Assembly (NCBI GenBank): GCA_951406725.2
Contig: OX597838.1
Location: 12,896,001 to 12,960,000 of the forward strand
DNA length: 64,000 nucleotides
Direction: 5' to 3'
From: Octopus vulgaris
Lineage: Eukaryota
Shown: one piece after another, positions 53,727-64,000 of the stretch
How positions within the stretch are numbered: position 1 is the first letter of the stretch
How the letters are laid out: every line of letters begins with the position of its first letter
Notes under the pieces: model-generated
What the model saw: only the letters and a program-made list of their open reading frames with translations
What the model was told of the DNA's origin: nothing
The model's database searches: none
Translations under genes and position numbers: made by a program

Positions 53727-54250
53727 GTAATCTTGGTGAGGTAATTTGGCTGCTATTTCTAACAGATGTGGCGACCACACAGTCTTGCTCATTGATTTGT
53801 TAATTTTTTAGGTTAATATATTGAGTGAAATATTCCATTTTGTTCTATTTTATGATGTAACAAAATGGGAGTGGAGGTGTATGTTTGCTCTAATCTTGTT
53901 TGAGACCATAACGTATACACCGGATTGTTTGGTTTTTCTAGGTGAAATCTTGTCTGTATAATTTTCAGGATATGTCGTGTAAGTAAATTTGTACAGCCTT
54001 GCAGCCTGTAACGAGTTTCATTTGCTTATTGCCTGAAACAAGTAATATTGCTCATTTAGCAATCTTTTCTTTGTATACTGCCAGGCCTACTCTGGCTGAT
54101 ATGCTTTTCCACTATTGTGTAGTAAAATGAAACTACATATATCTATTACTGTATTGCATGTATTTATCATTGCAAAGTACACATAAATCTATAAGTAATA
54201 GCAGGTAAGTATTGGGTTAAGAGACCCTTATGGATAAAATTAATTTTGAA

Positions 54251-54657
54251 TAGGCATAGGAGTGGCTGTGTGGTAAGTAGCTTGTTTACCAACCACATGG
54301 TTCTGGGTTCAGTCCCACTGCATGGCATCTTGGGCAAGTGTCTTCTACTATAGCCTCGGGCCGACCAAAGCCTTGTGAGTGGATTTGGTAGACGGAAAAC
54401 TGAAAGAAGCCTGTCGTATATATGTATATGTGTATGTGTGTATATGTTTGTGTGTCTGTATTTGTCTCTCCAACATCACTTGACAACCGATGCTGGTGTG
54501 TTTACGTCTCCGTAACTTAGCGGTTCGGCAAAAGAGACCGATAGAATAAGTACTAGGCTTACAAAGAATAAGTCCCGGGGTCGTTTTGCTCGACTAAAGG
54601 CGGTGCTCCAGCATGGCCGCAGTCAAATGACTGAAACGAGTAAAAGAGTAAAGAGTA
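54251..54657 (+). mobile_element. SINE family A
   Basis: Full-length match. Confidence 0.9.
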
Positions 54658-54859
54658 ATGCAATATTTACATGCTGTTATTTACAGCTCTATGTGTGCTT
54701 TGAGATCCACTATTCCAAAGAAGAATCATAGAATTATTTTATGTTCTCTTGAAAGTTTGTAAAATTGTTATTATGTCAACAATATATTATATATTGTCCT
54801 AGTCTAAAACCAAAGAAGCCTGATGTGTATATGTTTAAGTATATATATGTATAAGTACT

Positions 54860-55231
54860 GTGCAGGTGGAAAGTGAAGAAACACCATTTCGACCCTGTGC
54901 TTGAGGAGATCCATTGAGTCAAGTACACCAACATCAAAATCAATGGAAACTTCAGTTGTGATCCCTGTGCTGGTGGCACGTAAAAAGCACCCACTACACT
55001 CACGGAGTGGTTGGCGTTAGGAAGGGCATCCAGCTGTAGAAACACTGCCAGATCAGACTGGAGCCTGGTGCAGCCTTCTGGCTTCCCAGATCCCCGGTCG
55101 AACCATCCAACCCATGCTGTAGAAACTCTGCCAGATCAGATTGGAGTCTGGTTCGCCAGACGTCAGTCAAATCGTCCAACCCATGCTAGCATGGAAAGCG
55201 GATGTTAAACGATGATGATGATAATGATGAT
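54860..55231 (+). mobile_element. family C element with internal duplication
   Basis: gctgtagaaac..tgccagatcaga.tggag occurs twice; (GAT)n tail. Confidence 0.8.
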
Positions 55232-55544
55232 AAGTACGTATATGTGTGTGAGTGTGTGTATGTTTGTGTCTCCTTGTCTTGACATCACATGATAGTTGTA
55301 AATAAGTGTCACGGTCATACAAGCAGCGTCATTCATTTCCGAATATTCTGCAATGATATTTTTGGCTATAACGCAACATGACTTTATTTGGAAATAGGGG
55401 TGCTTGGCAACAGGGAGAGCATCAGGCTGTAGGAAATCTACCTGAATTGAAACTGTGGTATTGCACAAACAAGTTATGCAGGTTGTTCAGCAAAAACTGA
55501 ACACTCGTACATTATCTTTGACAGGAGATTCTGTCATCTCTCTC

Positions 55545-56050
55545 TACATATTCAAGCCTCTTCTCCTTATCTCCTCAAAGACATACATCATCTCGAAAGA
55601 GTTCAGAAGCTGGCTACCTGCATGGTTCTTGGTCTCAAGCATTTGTCTTATGAAGAAAGGCTGAAGACGCTCAACCTTTATTCTCTCGAAAAACGATGAC
55701 ACCGTGGTGATCTCATTCTCACTCACAACATCATAAGCGGAAAGTGTAACCTCTCGAAAGAGCTGTTCTTCACTCCTGCTCCAGTGCGTGGGCTGCGGGG
55801 TCACTCCGAAAAGCTCTATCTACGACAATTTCATCTCAATTAAAGGAGAGGGGCTTTCTCTGTCCGGGTTACGGATCTGTGGAACAATTTGCCGGACGAG
55901 ATAGTGAAGATGCCGACGGCCGCTCGGTTCAAAGTCTCTCTTGACCAGAAATGGCCTGAACTCTTTGCATGACCACCCTCCCTGTACATAACTCCATGTC
56001 CCCCTACATGGCCTTGCTTTTGCTTTTTGAGCCAAATTAAATTAAATAAA
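55545..56050 (+). mobile_element. CR1/L2-group LINE 3' end
   Basis: Translates LKTLNLYSLEKR..RGDLI...LRGHSEKL...FSVRVTDLWNNLP; followed by a short 3' UTR and an A-rich (aaatt)n tail. Confidence 0.88.
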
Positions 56051-56205
56051 AAATAAAAAAATAAAAATAAATTAAATATACATAAACACATGCACACCAT
56101 CGTCATCATCATTTGACATCCATTTTCCATGCTGGCATGGGTTGGACTGTTGGATAGGAGCTAGCCAGTTGAAGAGCTACTCAGGCTCCATGGCTGGTTT
56201 GGCAT

Positions 56206-56243
<38 letters not shown>

Positions 56244-56247
<4 letters not shown>

Positions 56248-56640
56248 TGTGGCTGTGTGGTAAGTAGCTTGCTAACCAACCACATGGTTCTGGGTTCAGT
56301 CCCACTGCGTGGCATCATGGGCAAGTGTCTTCTGCTATAGCCCCGGGCCAACCAATGCCTTGTGAGCGGATTTGGTAGACGGAAACTGAAAGAAGCCTGT
56401 CGTATATATGTATATATATATATGTATGTGTGTGTATTTGTGTGTCTGTGTTTGTCCCCCTAGCATAGCTTGAAAGCCGATGCTGGTGTGTTTATGTCCC
56501 CGTCACTTAGTGGTTCGGCAAAAGTGACCAATAGAATAAGTACTAGGCTTACAAAGAATAAGTTCCGGGGTCGAGTTGCTCGATTAAAGGCGGTGCTCCA
56601 GCATGGCCACAGTCAAATGACTGAAACGAGTAAAAGAGTA
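56244..56640 (+). mobile_element. SINE family A in (TA)n
   Basis: Near full-length match. Confidence 0.9.
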
Positions 56641-58499
56641 TATATATATATATGGTAGAGAGAGAAAGAAGGACAAAGAGGAAGCAATAAAAGATAAAAA
56701 GCAAAAAGCTAACGTGGGCTAGAACCAAGAAGTTATATTTCCTGTTTATACCATACTTAGATTTATCAATTCTGCTTCTGGTTTCTTTCATTTTAATACA
56801 GTAATTTATAATCTTATATGGTTTATGTCGTGCCAGTAGATCATTTTACCGTTATCCTATACGTGGGAACTTAATTTATTTCTCTGAACACTTTTCGAGA
56901 AGGCAGATTTTGAAAGAGAAAGAAAATCAAATAAACTTTAATTGCACGTTTAAGTTTGATTTCTACTTTTTACTTTACTACACATGTTGTACTAGATTAG
57001 AGTTTTGAGGGGCTTAAAGTCTTTAAAATTTAGTTACGTTTTTTTAATTAGAATAAATGTTTGACTAATTCTGGAAAATTAGAACCTAGAAGTTTAATGA
57101 AAATTAGTTTAAAAAAAAAAAATTCCAACCAAAATGAAAAAAGGTTTAATTTAAAAGTAATCTTTTTTATTCAAGCTAAGTAATAAATGGTTAGAGAAGA
57201 AAATCTAATTTAGGGCAAGAGAGAAAGAGATGAGGGTTATGGAGGGGTGAGAAGGAATAAGGAAAGTAATAGATATGTGGGCGAGATCTGTTTTTAAGGA
57301 CTATTTCTTCTTTGTTTACTCAACGTGGGGCCCATAAAGACATTTTGTATGTTCATCTTACCTTGTAGGAGAGAAATTTATTTTACATGAGAGATACCAT
57401 TAATTAGTGGCAGTGAAATTATATTGACAGCAATTAATCTTTTAATCTTGTTAAATATGGCTATCGTTAATGAAAACTTTGGAGGAAAATTGCAGATAAA
57501 CTGATGAGAAGAGATGGGGATAGAGAGAGGTTGGAGGGTAGATAGAAGAGGGGAAAAAGAAGAGGGTAGGTAGAGCAAGAGAGAAAAAGGTAGAAAGGAG
57601 TGGGGAGAGAGAGGTGGGGGGACAGCAAGAGCAAGACAGAAGGATGGAGATGGAGGAGAGAGAAATGGCAGATTAAGACTGGAAGTGATGTTGGGGTGGC
57701 CATGATAGTAATGGAGTTGGTGATGGTGCAGTTAGGTCTGTAATGCATCAACATAACCCTCTCTATATTTTTGGAACTAAAGTTGTCGTCCTCCTCTCAA
57801 GTGTAGAAATGTTAAAAGTTAGAAGACATCCACACCATATACCAAGGATTTAGGGGATCAGGTGTATTAAAATTGCCCCTTTCCTTGATTCTTTATTAAA
57901 ACTTATGACACCCTAATGGTAAGGTTATTTTTGCTCTGTATAATTCATGCAGTTCCCATTGATTATAATTCTCTTTTGAGTATTGACTCCTAACATGCTA
58001 TTAACCCCATCCCAGTTGTATATTATTAATTAAGTTTCCATTGATCTGTATCTATGATGCACTTGGTTTCTGGTTTGAGGTACAGGAGTGAATGTGGTAA
58101 GAACATGGTTCCTGGTTCAGTCCCACAATGTGGCACCTTGGACAACTCATTTTTGCCAGATGAGTGGACTGGAGCAATGTGAAATAAAATGTCTTGCTCA
58201 AGGACACAATGCACTGCTGTGAATTGAACTCATGACCTTCACAACTTGAATACACTAACCACAAAGCATGTGCCCCTTCGTGCTAAGAGGTTAAGCTGAA
58301 GATTATCATAAGTTTTACCTGAGAGGGCCTGCAAGGGTCATGGGCTGAGGCCCTTCCTTCAATGTCAGCAAGTAGAACATGCACACACAAAAAATACAAC
58401 CCATGTCACCTTTTTTTTCCTATTTGCAGAGAGTCCAAGACTGCATTAGAATGTTGTAGATGACAAATGAGGTTTTTGTGCTGTATTTGTTTCAATTCT

Positions 58500-59310
58500 T
58501 CAGATGAATGTCTTGAGTTAGAACTGCAATGCTGCGTGGGAGTGAAACATGAGGCTTGGATGTAGAGGATGTGAGACGGCTGGAGAGAAAATGGGATCTT
58601 TTCGGTTTGAACGGCAGTTTTTTCTAGCGGAGTCATATGAAATCGTCACCCATAATTATGACCCTAGTATCGATCTATTGCATCTCAATCTGTTTTAGGG
58701 TTAGGGTTAGGGTATCTTTTTTTCTTCAGAAATGTAAATAAACCCAATCTGTTTCTTAAACGAAGGACATATTCATACGGCACAGAATGTTTTCACCTCA
58801 ATAGACGTCATTGATTGGTTGAAATTGCAGAAATTGAAGAAAAAAACAACAAATATCTTACAACTTATAGAATTTTCTCAATAAAGCCAAGAGAAAAAGA
58901 TGTTTTATAAACACATTCTACCAGTATACAAAGTTTAAAAGTGCTTAGTTACTTGGAAATTATTTTAAAAAAAACTGCCGGTCAAACTGAAAAGATCCAG
59001 AAAATGAAGCAAGGATGTTCTGTTGGATGTGCAGTGCAAGTGTGTATGAGCGACTTAGTATAAAATGTGTCAAGAGACAAACTGGGTGTGAAGGGAATCA
59101 GAGGTAGTGTGCAAGAAAGAAGACTGAATTAGTATGAACATGTGATGTGAATGGATGAGGATAGCTGTATAAAAAAAAGTGCTGACCATGAAACATAGTT
59201 GGAGCTTGTGGAAAAGGGAGACCCAGGAAGATATAGGATGAAGTGGTGAAGGTTGACTGTAGAACCCTGAGCCTCATAGAGGAAATGACAAAGGGATGTC
59301 TGGTAATTTG
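58500..59310 (+). mobile_element. RTE LINE fragment split by a MITE
   Basis: AMLRGSET*GLDVEDVRRLER | EARMFCWMC...VQERRL...CGKGRPRK; contiguous once 58594-58998 and one TSD copy are removed. Confidence 0.8.
58594..58998. mobile_element. Merlin-like MITE (family 1), opposite orientation to 33229-33633
   Basis: Same TIR; 8-bp TSD agaaaatg (58586-58593, 58999-59006). Confidence 0.88.
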
Positions 59311-59400
59311 TGGTTCTTTAGAAGAACTGCTTATTGCTATTAAACTAACTTCTGGAAGCGCTATGCATGTGTGTGTGTGTGTGTATGTATGTATATATGC

Positions 59401-59449
<49 letters not shown>

Positions 59450-59701
59450 AATAAATTGGCACATCACCTAATCCTCTGCTTCATATCTCACCACCATCTC
59501 CCACTGCAGTTCTTCCCCTGATATCACTCTATTTCTTTTTTGCTACTTGAAACCATTTCACTTGTTAGTCATTCAGGATTTATTTTTAAGGCTGGCACTT
59601 ATTCCATCAGTGTCTTTTACTGAACTGCTAAGTTACAAGGATGTAAACAAACCAACGTCTGTTGTCAAACAATGGGGACGAGGTCACAAACATATACTTA
59701 A

Positions 59702-59921
59702 CCCTTTAGTGTTTAAACCGGCCATATCTGGCCCAGATATTCTACATGTTTTATATTCAAAATGGCAATATCTAGCCTCTCACACCTACCCGACAATGTC
59801 ATTCTAAATATAAACAATCACATCATTGAAACCTCAAAGCTATAAGATAATGCTTGATTAATTCAAAACAATTTGAGTGAAAAAGTATTACATTTAACAG
59901 AGTAATCTGAACACTAAAGAG
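59702..59921. mobile_element. piggyBac-like MITE (family 2) nested in an old SINE A (59555-60090)
   Basis: TTAA at 59698-59701 and 59922-59925; TIR ccctttagtgtt / aacactaaagag. Confidence 0.82.
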
Positions 59922-60408
59922 TTAAAGACACATACATATAGACACTCACACACGCACACATACATGATGGGCTTCCACACAGTTTCCATTTACCAAATTC
60001 ACTCACAAGGTATTGGTTGCCCAAGGTGTTGTGCAGTGGGACTGAACCTGACACCACATCGTTGCAAAGTTAGCTCATTAACCACACTGTCATACCTGAA
60101 GATATTTTTCTCTTTTTCTCAATACTTATGTCTTCATTACATTTCAATCTTTTGATTTCCGGTAGTCCTCATATTTTTGTTGTTCTTATTATTGCGCAGA
60201 AAGTTTAGAAGTATTTTTGTTGTTGTTATTTCTGTTATAGTTGTAGTTGTTGTTTTTGTTGCAAGGAGGAATTTTTTTCCTTCTTGCCAGCCATGGATGC
60301 TATCCAATAAAAAACACCAGAGTACTCAAAAATGCTGAGGCTGTATCATATTTATATCTTTGTTATCACATAGACATAGTTTAATAGATAGATTGAAATA
60401 TATATATA

Positions 60409-60439
<31 letters not shown>

Positions 60440-60829
60440 TTATTTACTCTTTTATCCTGATACAGGTTTCAGATGCTTGTTTGTCGTGTGGCCTTGCTGG
60501 AGCACCAAAGTGTAAAAATAAAATATTGCTTATCAGTGATAATAGTAGTCAACAAATTTATGTAACTTGATTATTAAAAGACTTATTTCCATCCAAGAGG
60601 AGGACAGAAGGATGAGAATAGGCAAAGGAGAAAGAGGGAGGGAACGTGAAAACAAGAGCAAGAAGGATGTCAAGGAAGTGAACAGTGAGGGTGGGGGGGT
60701 GGAGCTCACAGAAAATGCCTGTCTTGTGACACATGCTTGTGTGTGAATATATGTGCATATATGTGCATGTACATATGCACACATTTTTCTGTGTTTGTAT
60801 TGGCTGTGTGTGTGTGTATTTATGTATAT

Positions 60830-61910
60830 AGGGTGTGAGAGTTATTTGAGGATATATTTGGTAATTTAATAAAATGACTCTAATTTAGCAAAAAACTAAA
60901 TATATTGTAATAAAAATGTGCACGCGTGTTCTTGATAAGATTTTTCTTAGCAAGATTATTCTATGAATATGCCTTCAGCTTTAATGATTGCTTCAATGTA
61001 GACCCAGAATTACGGCCATATCACGTTGAAAGAACCGGTTCTCGTCCGATCACCGAAGTTAAGCAACATCGAGCCTAGTTAGTAATTAGATGGGTGACCG
61101 CTTGGGAAACCTAGGCGCTGTAAGCAAAAGCAGCGATGGTGCCCCAGCATGGCCGCGGCCTTCGGGCTAAAACATTTTAAGGATTTATATCTGCACTAAA
61201 TGGTAACATGATTGGTACTGGTGGCATGCGAAAAGCACCCAGTACATGCTGTGAAGTGGTTGGTGTTAGGAAGGGCATTCAGCCACAGAAACAATACGAA
61301 AGCAGACATTAGAGCACAATATGAGATCTAAATCATCTACATGCTCGAATCAAGAGGTCCTGGTTCATTTTGGACATTACTCTGACTATGGCAGCTTTCA
61401 AAGAATCTTTGGTGTTATGGGCACGTTTATTCTCTCTCTCAACAACGCTTCACATGTAATAGTCCAATGGATTGAGATCAAGGGAATTAGGAGACCAAGT
61501 GTTAGGGGTTATGTGATCGTAAAAATTTTCAGCCATCCATTCCTGTGTTACTAGAGCCATGTGTGATAGTGCATAGTCTTACTAAAACACATATGACCTT
61601 CCATTGCATGCACTGTCTATCCAGGGCTTAACAATTATTTCCAGGACCTCAATGTAGGTGGCAGAGTTAACTCTAAGGCCTTGTGGAAAGAAGGAGGCAT
61701 CACATGTCCTTCATTGCTGACAACCCCTAAAACCATGACAGTTGCAGGAAATTTTGTATGCATAACACTTGGAACTTCAGAAGGGTCTGCATGTAACCAT
61801 CTGTCATTTCTTCTGTTAACTTTTTGATCTTGGTCAAAATTTTTCTCTTTTGAGAAAAACCAAATCAAATCTTCTGCTGGATTTTTCAGTTTAAGAACCT
61901 TTTGGAGTAC
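60830..61910 (-). pseudogene. decayed Tc1/mariner-superfamily (maT/DD37D-like) transposase
   Basis: Minus frames: FS(K)EKNFDQDQKVNRRNDRW...TKFPATVMVLGVVSNEGHVMPP; WSPNSLDLNPLDYY; HNTKDSLKAAI...LIRACR; C-terminus IEAIIKAEGIFIE* at ~60957-60998. Confidence 0.8.
61010..61186 (+). mobile_element. 5S rRNA-derived element (5S pseudogene / candidate SINE3)
   Basis: 61010-61125 is a near-complete 5S sequence (tacggccatatcacgttgaaa..ccggttctcgtccgatcaccgaagttaagc...gatgggtgaccg...gctgtaagc). No oligo-T directly after it; followed by a SINE-A-type tail. Confidence 0.85.
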
Positions 61911-62024
61911 CCTGTTGTGTTGGTGGTCTTTTATGTGTAATGTCCAAAAGATGACCATAAATTCCACTATTACCCTTGGGACAACTAATTCACCTCTGGT
62001 CTGTTGGTGGATCTTTTCTTAAAT

Positions 62025-62128
62025 AGAAATATAGAAATATATATATAGTTAGAGATAGATATATAGATAGAGAATATAGAATATAGAAATATATATATAG
62101 TTAGAGATAGATATATAGATAGAGAGAG
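62025..62128. repeat. short tandem duplication in AT/AG-rich sequence
   Basis: atatagaaatatatatatagttagagatagatatatagatagaga occurs twice. Confidence 0.8.
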
Positions 62129-62893
62129 AGAGATACATCATCTATGTTACTCTTTCAGTATTTTTTTGTCTTTTACAACCTCTGGCTTCTGGTTTAGCTG
62201 ATTCCTTGTCTTGTACTATGGCACCATGTACCAGGGGTGAGGGTACTGGTTCTAGTTCTGTTCTCTTGTAGTTTGTTTCTGAGTCAATTTCTATACAGAT
62301 ACATCATCTTTCAACCAACCCAACTCTCCCTTGTGAATGGGGTGGAATGGGATGGATTCAGCCCAACCCAACACAACATGGCACTGCCCCACCTTCATCT
62401 TTACCCCCCCCCCCCCGCTCCATATCCCTTGCCTCCCTTCCTTTCTCTGCTCATCTCTTCACTCAACGCTTATATTCCACTGGGCTGTGTACTGTGTTCT
62501 ATGTAGAATGTAACTTGATGCCAAAAATGTTCCAGTTATAACTTTTCATGTTGTGATATGTTTCTGATAAAATATAATGCTAGAAGACTAAATTATATAT
62601 ATATATACATATATGAGTGTGTGAAAGATATCCTTCAGTTTAACCACTCCCCACCCCTTGCCCTCATTTGCCTCAAATCTCTCTTTCTCAATCTGTCTGC
62701 CTCTGTCTGTGTGTGTGTGTGTGTTATATCATTCACTGTTTCTTATATTCATATAAACTCTAGGAATATTCCTGGATTTCCAGATGCATTTTCAGTAATA
62801 CGATTAGAATTCCTTGTAAAATCTTGTCTGATAGCTGATACATGTAAAGAGGCTTCCTGGAGCCAACTATAAGGTTAATATCCTAATTGAATT

Positions 62894-62925
<32 letters not shown>

Positions 62926-63295
62926 TGTATGACTGGCTTCTTGACCACATGGTTCTGGGTTCAATCCCACTGTGTGGCACCTTGGGCAAGTGTCTGCTAC
63001 TATAACCTTGGGCTGGCCAAAACCTGTGGCTATAGTAGAAGACAGTTGGTTGATGGAAACTGAAAGAAACCTCTGTGTGTGTGTGTGTGTGTCTCAATAC
63101 CTATTTCTTTATTACCCACAAGGAAAAAAATAGAATAGGCAAAAATAGAATAGACAAAAGGAAAAAAATAGAATAGGCACCAGGCTTAAAAACAAAAGTA
63201 CTGGGGTTGATTCATTCAACTAAAAAGAATTCTTCAAGGCAGTGCCCTGGCATGGCTGCAGTCTAATGACTGAAACAAGCAAAAGATAAGATATA

Positions 63296-63594
63296 TAAAA
63301 AGCACCATCCGAACGTGGCCGATGCCAGCACCGCCTCGACTGGCTTCTGTGCTGGTGGCACATAAAAAGCACCAACCAATCGTGGCCGATGCCAGACCCC
63401 TCTGGCACCTGTGCAGGTGGCACGTAAAAAGCATCCACTACACTCGCGGAGTGGTTGGCGTTAGGAAGGGCATCCAGCTGTAGAAACACTGCCAGATCAG
63501 ACTGGAGCCTGGAGCAGCCCTGGCTCCCCAGACCCCGGTCGAACTGTCCAACCCGTGCTAGCGCGGAAAACGGACGTTAAACGATGATGATGAT
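63296..63594 (+). mobile_element. family C RTE-tail element
   Basis: Matches 4290-4524 with an extra sub-repeat. Confidence 0.8.
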
Positions 63595-64000
63595 ATATAT
63601 ATATATATATATATATAAACACACACACACACACGGAATGGGGTCTTGATATACAGCCATAAATGTATACATATGTATGCATGCATGTGTATACGTGCGG
63701 TTGTGTGTGTATTTTCCCTGTGTGTTGTTTCTGTCTATCCATGGCTCTGTTTTTAGCAAAAAAATATGAGAAATATTATTTTCTGTTTTTGAAATTGGAT
63801 CTTGATGCTCATAATAAGCTATTAGTAAAAGCATGTAAATATTGGATTGAAAAGTTGAATGCTGCCTGTGGGACTCAGACCCCATGTCTCCTGTATATCT
63901 AACAAGAATTCTGTCATTATAGCTAAGTAATTTTTCGAAATTCTCTCTCCATTTTAGAAAATCTAATATTACCAGTGAGAATTATATACTCTTTTTTACT

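Noticed and set aside
58695-58712. Telomere or chromosome fusion site
   Set aside because: Only three units, internal to a MITE.
61010-61125. Functional 5S rRNA gene
   Set aside because: Single copy, 5' bases missing, no adjacent oligo-T, and it sits inside a dead transposase.

Overview
AT-rich, microsatellite-rich animal genomic DNA. The SINE repertoire and composition suggest an octopus or other coleoid cephalopod (inference). The only securely identifiable host gene is the 3' end of beta-glucuronidase (GUSB; last two coding exons, + strand, 429-564 and 2175-2338). The rest is non-coding and repeat-dominated: three abundant SINE/LINE-tail families, an older (CAA)-tailed repeat, RTE and CR1 LINE fragments, decayed mariner and maT-like transposases, piggyBac-like (TTAA) and Merlin-like (GG-TIR, 8-bp TSD) MITEs, two non-autonomous Helitrons and long simple repeats. 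Almost all ORF-track entries are repeat artefacts. Two signals stand out. (i) There are up to nine minimal type-I hammerhead-ribozyme-like motifs, mostly in short Penelope-LTR-like elements beside (TA)n tracts. Six lie within 42.6-44.2 kb, with helix covariation and non-canonical cores, including a compensated G3-C8 swap. (ii) A 5S-rRNA-headed element carries the same structured 3' tail as the dominant tRNA-SINE (candidate SINE3) and is inserted in a dead transposase. A few weakly supported splice-site chains suggest possible unannotated transcripts.
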